From Paraspadella gotoi (lineage: Eukaryota; Animalia; Chaetognatha): DNA of 64,000 bases. The stretch lies in contig CM119271.1 of assembly GCA_051294375.1 (NCBI GenBank), forward strand, positions 6,945,632 through 7,009,631. Reading direction: 5' to 3'. Below are positions 11,642-23,700 of the stretch, piece by piece (the first letter of the stretch is position 1; every line of letters starts with the position of its first letter). Under the pieces are notes generated by a model. The model had not been told where the DNA came from and searched no databases. It saw only the letters and a list, made by a program, of their open reading frames with translations. Made by a program: the position numbers and the translations under genes.

Positions 11642-14600
11642 ATGTCGGCCCAAGAGCAGATGCGAGCTATGCTCGATCAGCTGATGGGAACTCAGCGAAA
11701 TGGACCGGACGATGAAGGCCAAGATCAGCTGCATTTCACGGATAGCAGCGTCTGCAAGAGTTTTCTTTTAGGTTAGTATATAACTCTGGACAATAGTGGT
11801 TCCTCTTTTTACTTCCGGTTAGGCTTTTTAAAATTGTGAGAGGATCTCTGGTTGTCACAACAACGATTAAAGTTTATAGGTTTGCAAACTAAAACAAGCA
11901 ACTTAAAGAAACAAAAGTTGTTTGAGAAAACCAGAAGTCGGATTACCCTATTTTCAATCTCGACCACTTTGGTCACCCCTACAGGGATTTCGGGATTAGG
12001 CTGGAAAGTTCTTGCATCACCTGCTTTGCCGATGTAAATTCAGACTTGGGCTGTGAGTACATAATCCCATCTCGACCGATAAGTCGCTTGGCACGTTTAA
12101 AAATATATTTCTATAAGTAAATTGTTAAATACGGTGCCCAGTCGGCTTTCTGTCCTTTTTCTTTCTAGCGTCAATGTTCGTGGGATTTAAAACTTCCCTC
12201 GTGGATGATCTTGTTAATCTATTTTCCAGTGGATTTCACGAAAAAAGGAATCATAGTCTAGACGTACAGCGTTAATAAGTATGAATTTCTTAAAAGCAAA
12301 TTTTTTTAGTAATATTAATTTTCTTTATTCTTGACATGACTATAGATAACAGATGACATTTCACGGTTTCTATGATTTAATCGTTCTTGCGAAGTACTAC
12401 GTGAGTATTGTTTGATTGTATTTGGGGCATATTGTTTAGTATTTTCCTTTCACATTGACGTGATTCAGCTGGTTCACATTGACGTGATTCAGCTGGTTTT
12501 TACAGCAACAACATAAAAAATGGCAGCTACGTAAAGCTAGTTGAATAAATCTAAATAAAGCAAATATTAGGTTTTCATATATTGTTCTGGTTCTTTCTTT
12601 CGTTGGTTTAAGGTTAAAAACCATAAAATCATTTTAATACGGTTATCAACAACGACGTTTTTATTACACTAGATTTGGGCATGTTTCGGTTATGATATGT
12701 AAGCCTTCCTCAGCGCAAAAATTAAAATGATTGATTTTTGCGATGATGAAGGCTAACATATAGCAGAAACATGTCCAAATCTCTTTTAATGAAAACGTTG
12801 ATAAGCATATTAAAATTATTTTACGGTTTTGATAAAAAAAAAAGGCATCTTAATTGGTTTTGTATCAAAAATTTTAATTTATTCTTGATTTAGATAGATT
12901 CAAGGATATAAATTGTATCGTCCCGTTCGGTAAGTAAGTCGTTGAAAGTGTACATAACTACAAATTGTAATGTACGTATGTGATTTTTTTTTTAGGGAAA
13001 TGAAAAATTTAATAAAGCGCCTCGAAGGGCTCCCACTACTTTAACTGAAACCTGTCTTGAGATATTGTTAAAATCATAGTTTTTAAAAGGCATTCGCGTT
13101 ATTACGTTTAATTGCTTGATGACTTAACTTTTTATCCACCCCTGAATCCCCTCTACCCTCTACCCAAATTCGTCAGCTTGCTGCCCCCACGACATTCTGA
13201 GCGGGACCCGCATGGACTTAGGCAGCTGCCCCAAGGACCACGCTTTGGCGTTGAGAGCCGATTACGAAAACGCGCGGAAACGTGGAAAAGATTACGATTA
13301 CGATATCGATGCCATGGAGCATCTGAGCAGTTTTATCGCTGGTTAGTTTTTAGGCGAGGGATTGATTGATTTCAAAATATACGTAATTATGTTTGAGACC
13401 GACTTTTTTATATTTTCAAGACTGCGATCGTCGGACCGAGCAAGCAAAAAAGAGATTGGCTGAAACTCAGGAGGAGCTTTCTGCCGAAGCCTCCGCCAAG
13501 GCCGCTATAGTCAACGAACTTGGAGAGCAGATCGGAGTTACTCTCGCCAAAGTAACGTTCACGTCCGAGTATTCAATTTTCGAGGAATATATGTGATATA
13601 CATTTTAGTTGTCCAATTTCCCCATTTCTCCTTGCTAAATACATCAGGCCGAAGACCTCGGAGCTCAAGGCCAGGTGGATGAGAGCATGAATTTGCTGGA
13701 GCAAGTGGAGGATCTCAAGAAGAAGAAGATGGAAGCCGAGAACGAGTATCGCAGCTCCATGCCCGCCTCCTCGTATCAACAACAAAAGTTGCGTGTTTGC
13801 GAAGTTTGCTCCGCGTATTTGGGCATTCACGACAACGATCGACGACTCGCCGATCACTTTGGCGGGAAATTACATCTCGGTACGTCTCTGATTCTATACA
13901 TAGAATTTAATTTTATTATTTTCCATAGTTTTTTTTGTTGTTATTATCAGGTTTTATTGAGATTCGCGAAAAACTCGACAACCTAAAAACTCAAGTCGCT
14001 GCGAAGAAAGAAAGTCTGGAAAAGAAGCGAATGGATCGTCTAAAGGATAATGAACGCGAAAGAGATCGGGAGCGAGACAGAGACAGAGACCGTGATCGGG
14101 ACAGGTAAGAACAGTTTTTTCTAGCCTTTTCAGGATTATATACAGGTAGTATGATCGTAAATTTGTTTTAAGATTATATTAAATAAAATCCAAAAATCCA
14201 AATCCAGAGCGTGTTCGAATGAAGTCATTTTTTGGCAATTGGTTCGCAAAACAGATGTGATTACAAAAAGAATTCTTTCACCATAAATTTTTGATTCTTC
14301 TCCATCATTCTTTTTCCCAGGCGCCGAAGTCGATCGCGGGACAGGGATCGTCATCGTCGTCGTCGTTCTCACAGTCGCGATCGTCATCGTCGCCATCATC
14401 GATCGAAGTCGAGATCTCGTTCGCGTGATCGTCATAGGGGATCGAGAAGCAGTAAGAGGTGAATGTTTCGCAACACTACTTTTTCCTTCTCTTTTCTTAA
14501 ACTTTTTCCTTTTTTTTTATCCGTTCATCTCCGTCCGACAAATGCCCTCATTTCAGTCGCCGATCTCGTTCGAAATCAAAGGAACGCAGGCGCCACCGAT

Positions 14601-14779
14601 CTCGTGAACACCGTCACCGAGATGACCAGAGCAACTCTGCCGAAGTTGATGCGAGGCCGCCGCCACAGCAGCCCCCGGCCCAAGGACAAGATCAGGAAGT
14701 CGGCTTCGGAGGCTGGCGCCCTGCTTGGAACGAAACTTCAGCCGATGGCCAAAATGGGGCCAGCAACAGCGCCCAATGA
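11642..14779 (+). CDS. LUC7L2: LUC7-like U1 snRNP protein, LUC7L/LUC7L2 type (multi-exon; long intron 1 at 11772-13176)
   Basis: MSAQEQMRAMLDQLMGT start; CCPHDILSGTRMDLG; KLRVCEVCSAYLGIHDNDRRLADHFGGKLHLG; RS/RE tail ending in TGA at 14779. Confidence 0.92.
12449..12496. repeat. Perfect 24-bp tandem duplication
   Basis: TTCACATTGACGTGATTCAGCTGG twice, head to tail. Confidence 0.9.
12643..12804. mobile_element. Inverted pair of Penelope-like terminal fragments carrying minimal hammerhead motifs
   Basis: Arms about 12643-12723 and 12732-12804 are imperfect reverse complements; minus arm CTGAGGA-AGGCTT..AACC-GAAACATG, plus arm ATGATGA-AGGCT..AGCA-GAAACATGTC. Confidence 0.6.
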
Positions 14780-15198
14780 AAGATCTTTTCGAAAGACACT
14801 TGGACGTAGAAATAAGTAAAAAATTGAAATTAGATTTTTCTGATAATATCCTGTTTAGTCGCGTAGCTGTAAAATTATGTTTCTGTAAATAATGTACGCT
14901 CTCACTGTTCCTGCGTTTTTTTTTTTGTTTTTTTTTTCTTTCGTGGTTTCTTTTGTCGTTTTGTGAAAGTCGAGAATTTGGAAGAAAAACGGATTGATTT
15001 TTATTTACATACTCTAGAATACTTTTTTATTTTACATCAATTTAATCCTACTTCCAAAAGTAGTCGATGACCTTTAAAAAAATAAAAGTTGTTGTTATTA
15101 AAAGGGAACTTCTCAATCGTTTTCCTACTCTATTTCGAGGCAGTGCCTTGTATTTCGAGGCTTTCATTCACCTATGGTAAAACTACTCCCAGACAACA

Positions 15199-16302
15199 AT
15201 GACCGATCAAAAACGAACCACTAATGTAAAAGTGGTGGGGGAGTTCGACACGGGTTTTTACAGCGACGCTTCGGAATGGTGTCCCGTTTTTGGCCACAGA
15301 AATCTTCTGGTCTGCGGCACTTACCAACTACTAGAAGATTTGCCCGCTGACGAGAATCCAGGCAACTCGCAGATCCGTCTGGGTCGTCTCTTTCTGCTTT
15401 GCGCAGAACCTCGCGGCCCGCGTTTCGAGCTTTTCCCCGTCCAGGACATCGATATGCCAGGTATACTCGACGTCAAGTGGTCGCACCGGACGATCGGCGA
15501 CGAGACATGGTTGGGCGTCGTCAATTCTGTCGGTCAGCTCATCTTTCTCAATTTGAACACGAGCGAAACCGATGAGGGTGACACCGGGCCCCTCTTGCGG
15601 TTCGCCGATCGTGTCGCGATCGCACGTGAGGGAGAAGCCTCAACTTTGGCCTTGAGTTTAGACTGGTCCAACCGTTTGGAAGATGCCGAACCCCGCGTCG
15701 TCGTCACCGACTCCAAGGGGCGCATCTCCATCGTCGATGTAGCAACGAACGTTTTGACCCAAAGCTTCGACGCTCACGATTACGAAGCTTGGATCGGAGC
15801 TTTCAACAGTCACAACACGCAAATTATTTACTCGGGAGGCGACGACGCTAAACTAAAGAGGTGGGATCTCCGAACGGATCCCGGCCTGGGGCCAACTCAC
15901 GTTGATTCTAAGTCTCACACCGCCGGAGTTTGCTCCTTGCACTCCAACCCATTTCGCGAGCACATTTTCGCCAGTGGAAGTTACGATGAAACCGTCCGAA
16001 TATGGGACGACCGCAATTTAAGATCGCCGATTAATACGGCGCCAGTTGGTGGCGGGGTGTGGAGGCTCAAGTGGAATCCTGTGGACGGCCGGAGTCTTTT
16101 ATGCGTCTGCATGCAGGGAGGGGCGCGAGTTTTGTCGCTTGGTGACGATTCCGCGGAGGAAATTAAACTGGAGTCATCGATTTTTCCACAGTCATCAAAT
16201 CCTCTTACCTACGGTGGAGATTTTAATCACGACGATCCAACCATCGTGGCGACTGCCTCATTTTACGATCACGAACTTCAAGTTTGGAAGATCGAGCGAT
16301 AA
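15199..16302 (+). CDS. DPH7: Diphthine methyltransferase/methylesterase DPH7 (WDR85), intronless
   Basis: Motifs FDTGFYSDASEWCP, LVCGTYQL, LSLDW, AHDYEAWI, SGGDD, GSYDE, GGGVWRLKW and SFYDH. Confidence 0.92.
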   Translation: MTDQKRTTNVKVVGEFDTGFYSDASEWCPVFGHRNLLVCGTYQLLEDLPADENPGNSQIRLGRLFLLCAEPRGPRFELFPVQDIDMPGILDVKWSHRTIGDETWLGVVNSVGQLIFLNLNTSETDEGDTGPLLRFADRVAIAREGEASTLALSLDWSNRLEDAEPRVVVTDSKGRISIVDVATNVLTQSFDAHDYEAWIGAFNSHNTQIIYSGGDDAKLKRWDLRTDPGLGPTHVDSKSHTAGVCSLHSNPFREHIFASGSYDETVRIWDDRNLRSPINTAPVGGGVWRLKWNPVDGRSLLCVCMQGGARVLSLGDDSAEEIKLESSIFPQSSNPLTYGGDFNHDDPTIVATASFYDHELQVWKIER

Positions 16303-16425
16303 ATAATAACTGATGTATCCGCCTTTTTAACATTATTTTAGTTTAAGGCACTACTATAATTGCCGTTTTAAATCTTTAATGATCATTTTGTGATTCAGTT
16401 TGGATATGATCTATATTTATCGGAA

Positions 16426-17448
16426 ATGATAGCGTCTTTAGAATCGGATCTTCGTGGCGACAAGCCATCCGACAAGGCGTCCGATCCTGTTGCGACTTGC
16501 AACCCAGCCCCACCGAGTCACCGCCCCTTGAAACTGCCAACTAAACTTTTAGCCACTCTCGAACCCAAATCCGGGGCGGTACGGGCGGCCCGATTCAACG
16601 CTGACGGTAACTACTGCCTTATCTGCACCTCCACCGATCGCTGCATCAAACTGTACAGCCCGCTGAAAAATCTCTTGTTAAAGACTTACAAGGGCCACAA
16701 CTACGACGTACTCGACTTTCGGTGTAGCTTCGACAATGCGAGCATATGTTCCGCCAGCGCCGACAAAAACGTTTTCGTTTGGGACGTGGCAACCGGAAAT
16801 CCTACTCGAAAGTTTAAGGGGCACTTGGCCACCGTCAACTGCGTTTTATTCAACGAGGATGCTTCCGTCGTTGTCAGCGGCAGTGTTGACAACGCAGTGA
16901 AGTTGTGGGATAACCGCAGCCGTAACATCGCTCCTATCCAAACTCTCGAAGACGCCAAGGACAGCGTGACTTGCCTTGACGTCAGTGATCACGAGGTCCT
17001 CGTTGGGTCCGCGGATTCTCGGTTGCGTCTATACGATCTTCGTAAAGGTCACATGACCACTGACTACCTGGGTTCCCCCGTGTCGTCCGCTCGTCTGTCA
17101 AACGACGGCCAGTGCGTGCTTGTCGGAACGATGGGGGATCAGACGGTTCGTCTCTTGGACAAACACTCGGGCGAACTTCTTAACGAGTATAAAGGTCACA
17201 AGAACCTCAGCTACAAACTAGAATCCTGTTTCTCGCCCGGTGATGCTCAAGTCATTTCTGGCAGCGAGGACGGCCGAGTCATCATTTGGGACTTGATCGA
17301 TGCCAAACCGTTGACAACCTTGATACACCCACTGGCTGGGAGGGCCGTACATTCCGTGGCGGTCCACCCTGAAGATTATCTCGTGCTCTCGGCCCAGGAA
17401 GGGAAAGCGTTTTTGTGGGGACCTGAAGACTATTCCGATGAAGGATGA
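16426..17448 (+). CDS. WDR83: WD repeat protein 83 (MORG1), intronless
   Basis: GAVRAARFNADGNYCL, WDVATG, FNEDASVVVSGS, AKDSVT, RLLDKHSGELLNEYKGH; first ATG at 16426. Confidence 0.9.
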   Translation: MIASLESDLRGDKPSDKASDPVATCNPAPPSHRPLKLPTKLLATLEPKSGAVRAARFNADGNYCLICTSTDRCIKLYSPLKNLLLKTYKGHNYDVLDFRCSFDNASICSASADKNVFVWDVATGNPTRKFKGHLATVNCVLFNEDASVVVSGSVDNAVKLWDNRSRNIAPIQTLEDAKDSVTCLDVSDHEVLVGSADSRLRLYDLRKGHMTTDYLGSPVSSARLSNDGQCVLVGTMGDQTVRLLDKHSGELLNEYKGHKNLSYKLESCFSPGDAQVISGSEDGRVIIWDLIDAKPLTTLIHPLAGRAVHSVAVHPEDYLVLSAQEGKAFLWGPEDYSDEG

Positions 17449-17751
17449 TATACATCAATACAAATGCCATTCGCGAATTGTCGTTTGGATTGTCAGTTGA
17501 ATGTGGTTTTTAACGTTAACCTTCCTTATTTTTTATAGGGTATTAAAATGTAGTTATCACTACGAACTCTGAGAATGAGCGATTTCACTGACGTTACTTT
17601 ATATTCTTGATCAAAATACAACAAAACTCTGAACTCAATTAATGGTGTTTCCGTCTCGGCGCGGACCCCGGCGCCTTGCCATGTGATCGTCCTCCCCTTA
17701 CATTCGAGAAGCTCCCCCTGTTCCTCATAACTAAATTAAAGAGAGAAAGCG

Positions 17752-20700
17752 ATGTCAACGGTGCGGAAGCAAGATGCTCACCGCGCCCTGGAGCTCTTGG
17801 AAGAGTATCACGGCCAACTGAGCAAGCCGCAAGATCGCGCCCTGCGAAACGCTATCGAGAGGGTCATCCGAATCTTCAAGAGCCGACTGTTCCAAGCGCT
17901 GCTGGACATTCAAGAGTTTTACGAAGTCACACTGCTCGACGAATCAAAAACTTTGCAACAAAAGACCATCGAGACATTGCAGGTAAAGACTGGGGTTTTT
18001 GGGGGAGAGATGGTGGGGGCCCAGTCTTAGCTTAGACGTAATATTCGATGACCCTTCAGATCGCTTCAAAATGGGAACGAAACCCTCCCATCACGAACAA
18101 CCAGCCGTTGGTATCCGAAGTGGCCGGTGATAATTGGGCCGGTCAGCGCGGCGGCGGTGGTATGGAGACCAACGTGGACGGCGGGAGCAATGGACAAGCG
18201 CCTTATTTTCAGTTTCAATTTATGAAAGAGGCAAGGGTTAACTAAATGGATGATAGTGCTCTAGACTAAATTGCGCTTCGAAAAAACATCAGTTATATCG
18301 CACTTACTTAGGGCGGCGACGCAGCCTACACAGCGAGTTCAGAGGGCGGGGATGAGGAGGACTGGGAATACGACGAAATAACGTTGGAGCGAGGCTCCGC
18401 CGGTCTCGGATTCAGTATAGCCGGTGGCACCGACAATCCTCACATCGGTGCGTTTTATTTATTTATTTTTTTTTAAGTAATTTTTTTTTTACAGAATTGA
18501 AATTTCATTGACAAAAGAGGGTAAGTCAACATCAATACTCGTCTCATTGAAGACGGTCTCCCTTCAGGCGACGATCCCAGTATCTTCATCACAAAGATCA
18601 TTTCGGGTGGTGCCGCTTACGTCGACGGGCGACTTGCGATTAACGACGTCATCCTGCGTGTCAACGATTGCATGGTCGAGGGAGTTCCGCACGCCGATGC
18701 TGTCGAAGCGCTGAAAAGGTGACGTTTTAATTCTTGTCGAATTATCGCCGCAAAATATTTTCAATATTCGTTATGTTTTAAACTCTCAGGGCGGGATCTA
18801 CGGTTCACTTGACAATAAAACGAAGAAAACCCATTTTGGAAACCATTATGGATATCGAATTGAGTAAAGGGAACAAAGGTCTCGGTTTCAGCATAGCAGG
18901 TACTCGATCTTTCGGATTTCCTTTGACTTTTATAAATGTTCGCCTTTAAGTATATTTATTAGTCAAAAGTATTAATATAACCTGTATGGACTGCTCACAG
19001 GCGGCGTGGGGAATCAACACATCCCCGGCGACAACGGGATATTCGTGACGAAGATTATCGGCGGAGGCGCGGCTCAAATCGACGGGCGTCTCGCCGTCGG
19101 CGACCGCTTAATCGCCGTCAACGAGCAAAGTCTAGACAACGTCACCCATGAAGGTTGCAAAGACGAAGCTTATTTTTATTCGTTTTTTTTTTCTGTCCCG
19201 CTTTTTTCCTTCACCGTTTTCTTTTCTTTCATTTTTCCCTTTTTTCCCTCTTTTTTTCCGTTATTTCCTTTTTTCTTTCTTTTCGCTTTTTTATTTTCTT
19301 TCCTCTTTTATTTTCTCTTTATTCTTTTCTCTACTCTTTTTTTCCGTTTTTTTTTCTACTCTCTCTTTTTGTTTAACATTTCTTATTTTTTACTCCTTTT
19401 GTTTCATAATTTTATCTTTTTTTGTCATTTTTTCAGACGCCGTAGCCATCTTGAAAAATACCGCGGATCATGTTTTTCTGACGATCGCTAAGCCGAACCC
19501 CGTCGGCGTCGGCTTTAACGGCGGCGGCTACGACTCCTCGCTTCAACACGGGATTCCCGACGGAATTTTCGCCTCCCCGCCCGTTATTGAAAATCTCATC
19601 AATTCTACTGGGCCTCAGAACGCGCATTATAGTGAGCGTTCGAGATTTTATTCCCCATATCCACGCGTCTCAACAAAGGGGGCGAAATCGGCTTTTAATT
19701 CTAGTTTCCGTTAATTCCTTTTTTTTCATTTTAAAGATGACCTCTTCAACTCTCCCCGTGTCGGCGGCGCCATTGACCGGACAGACGGCGCTGTTGCCAC
19801 CGCGTTGCCTCCGCCCCACTCGACGCCGAAAAACAACGCCGCTGATCATTCGGCGATGGGCGCACACAACACGGGTCACCAATATCAGGTGTGATAACGG
19901 GAATCATGGAGGAGGTTATCAGTCCTTTGTATTTTCAAGATCATATCAGTTTTTATTTAAAAACATAGATTAAATAGAGGATTTTACGAATTGACTAAAA
20001 GTAAAATATTGTTTCCCCAATTCCTTCTACCTAGGTAGATAGGTATGATTTCAACTCGATTTGTATGTATTTCTTTTTATCATAAACAAAAACGAATGAA
20101 AGCTCGGGTCCGAAATTATCGTCAACCTGACACGCTCCATGAACAACCTCCTCGAACGCGTTTCCTCTCCTTCCGAATCCACGGAGCCTTTTGACGACTC
20201 GGCCGGCTTTCGCCCCATCACTCCATCTTCATTGCATGCGACCCATACGCCGAGGGGGCCTACCCCATCTCCTCCAACCGATTCTCCCGGTCCGAGCGGG
20301 TCTAGTCTGGCCCGCGACTCGAGTCGTTTGCTCAGAAGCGACCTGGATCTCGTTATGAGCGACTTGGAGGAGGCCGTCGGCACTATCAGGAGGCTTTGGA
20401 ACCAGAGGTCGCCCGAGAACGTTTCGTACGTGCGGCCGGATGGGGTGCTTATTGACGCGGACGGAGTCGAGCTGCGTAAGGATAGAGGGACGAATTTGAG
20501 AATTTCCTTCTCGCCGGCGGCGAGGGGCGTCACCGGAAACGTCAGAGAATAATATTTTATTTTTATTTTTTTGTTATTTTCACGTAAAGGCAATGATGAT
20601 TCTTTCGACGTTAATCCTTACACGAGTGGAGTTAATCGCGTGCACAACTTTGACTTCTACGTGAGTCGTCGACTCTCGTTTGGATACGGCATGCAATCTT

Positions 20701-23700
20701 CTTTTCTATTTCCGTAGTATAATAAAGCGTCATTATTCATTAATCATTAGTCACCTTTCGCGGGGAATATAAAAGAAAACAAACTGACACTGGCTGTATT
20801 GACTGGCACTAACACGGGTCGTATAAGACGTAATCATGACGAATCGATACGCTCTTTTCTATTTGGTTATCTGTAACGCCTTATACTCGCGTAATGTGTA
20901 TCGGTGCTTCGGCTCATATTTGATTACTATAAGTATAATATAAATTTGAAAGAGAATCTTTGCGTTTCTTTGCTTCGAAATGTGTCGCTCTCTCTCTCAG
21001 CTGTCTTTTGCCTTATAATTATACATTTAATGGGATTTTTTTTAATTCTAGAAAACCGCTTTTTGGGATTCTTGCATCTTCATTCAACATGTGTCGCTTT
21101 TTTGGGATTTCTTATTGGATTTTTCTTTATTGTTAATCATTAATGAATTATTTTTACCCCTCCCCCTTTGTGAACCTTTCCCGAATCCGACTCCTCAGGG
21201 CGGCGGAGGGTCGTCAATGGAATCTCATTTCTCCACAAACTCTTCCAGCGCAGGAGGAAACCAAGGAGGAGGATTCTCAGGAGCCCCCAAGTCCATTGCT
21301 GCAGTCGACGATCACTTTCCTCGGTAATTGAGGGATGCTTAAATAACCTAAACTGAACTGTGTGATCTCAGAGGTGGCAACCACTCATTGATTGGCTTAA
21401 ATTAACCTTTTGTCGGGAAGAAACTTTCACATAATAAAATGCAAAATCTGGTGCAGTTGCAGGAGTTAAACATGATTGAAGACAATAGTCAAATAACTTG
21501 ATAATTACAATCTTTAGGTATCTATGTATTGAAAAACCTTTTAAATAGATGAACTTTGATATGTATGTACCTTATTGAAAATTTAGGGAAGCGCGACAAG
21601 TAACTCTCGCCAAGGACGCACGTGGATCCCTCGGGTTTCACATCGTCGGCGGGGAGGATGGGGAGGGAATCTTCGTCTCGTTCATTCTGGGTAAGTCGCG
21701 GTGTTTCGTTGCTAGGAAGTAATAGTATTTGGAATAATCCCATTTTTTCTCGTTGGTAAAGCTGGAGGCCCCGCAGATCTGAGCGGGTTGTTGCGGCGAG
21801 GAGATCAGATTCTTTCGGTGAACAACGTTGATCTGACACACGCCTCTCACGAAGACGCGGCCGCGGCGCTCAAGGGTGCCGGTCAGACAGTTACCATCAT
21901 CGTGCAGTACAGACCCGAAGGCAAAGATTGATTCTTTTTTTTTGGGGGGGGGGATTTCGAAAGATCCTTATTTTACTTAGTAATAACGCACTAATATTAG
22001 TAATAACACTTCTTCTCCGTACAGAGTACAATCAGTTCGAGGCGAAAATCCACGATCTGCGTGAACAGATGATGAACGCTAGCTCCGGCAGCCTACGAAC
22101 CATTCAGAAGCGCTCCCTCTACGTTCGCGCGCTGTTTGACTACGACCCTTCCAAAGACAGCGGACTTCCCAGTCGAGGTGTTTCGAGAGCGAAAGAATCC
22201 TAAATTTTATTCAGAGATGGAGAAAAAAGAAACGAATGCATATGAATTATGATTTAATCTTCGAAGACTCAGACGCGGAGACTTGAAAAACAGAAATTTA
22301 AGATTATAAATATGGTTCGGTTTCGTTGTTTATTATCAGAAATAATTTTTTTATTTGCAACGAATAAACGGATATGGTATTAGTAAGAATTATTACTAGT
22401 ATTGCGAAACTGAGGCTCATAACATCTAACGTACTTGGTGATAACGTTACACAAAGTTTTTATTTCTAGGTCTTCCCTTTAAGTACGGTGACATTCTGCA
22501 TGTAGTCAACGCCTCTGACGACGAGTGGTGGCAGGCTCGACGCATCGTCCCCGGGGGCCACGTCGGACCTGATGGCGCTCCGCAAGAGGAGGGCGTCGCT
22601 GCCATAATACCCAGCAAACGCAGGGTTGAGCGCAAGGAGAGAGCCAGGTGTGTCATGATGAAATCCGATGATTTGTTTTGACGAAAACTTTCTCGTTTAA
22701 AGATTATTTTGACTTAACAGTCAATTTTGGCTTGAAAGTAGAGTGAACCCGCCCTGACATATAACCTGATACGCATTGTAATCATCCAACTTTATTGGCC
22801 AGGTTGAAAAAAGTCGTTTTTTCGGGCAAAGGGTCCTGCGAATCCTTTGCGTCCGGTTCCAGCACCGTCGACAGGAAGAAGAAAAATTTTTCCTTTTCAC
22901 GAAAATTCCCCTTCATGAAAAGCAAAGATCAAGTCAGCGGAGACGAAACCAGCGACGCCGAAGGTAGTTTTTTTAAGATGAAACGTACAAAGTTTCCGTT
23001 TTCGTCGTAGATAATTATTCGTTTTCTTAAAGCGAACCGATTGTACTCTTTTTTTCTAGGTTGGTACATTCCCCACTATGGAATAGGTACTAATAGAATC
23101 GAATCAATTCTTTGCGGTTTTTTTTTGGATTTAATGGCATTCAAGTCTGTTTGACAATGGGATATACGGGTGCAGACATGAAAACTAAATAAATTTATTT
23201 TTGTTAGCCATTATGCGATCAAAATAACACAGAAGAAATAAATATAGATTCAATATTTATAAATGCTTGGTCCTGAATGTTTTTTCCTCTAAATCCCATT
23301 GACATTGTCAATTAAGTAGTTAAGAATGAAGTGCTTTAAACTGCTTTATTAATCTAACCCCGTAAAAAAAAAAAAAAGTTTAATGAAGATTAATCATTTG
23401 AGTCTCACTGAGAGGTTTTTTAAAAAGATCTATAAGAACATTTCTTTAATATATTAATAAAAGTCCTATTCTAAAGCTCATCTAACGGGAAAGCAGAGAA
23501 ACAAAATTCACATTTCATTATTAATTATATTTTGGAAACTTTAATATGGCATTTCTGCTTGTAGAAATTGTCGAAGAATGATATCTTTTATCATACAAAT
23601 TCTAATAAAATCTGACTTTTCCAAAATTTACTCGGGTTTTTTTGGAAATGAAAATACCTTCTAAATAATAATAATAATACCTTTTTTGGCGTTTTATTCG

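Noticed and set aside
19006-19714. Phe-rich ORFs that look like membrane proteins
   Set aside because: Read-through of a poly-T/C intron between DLG1 exons.
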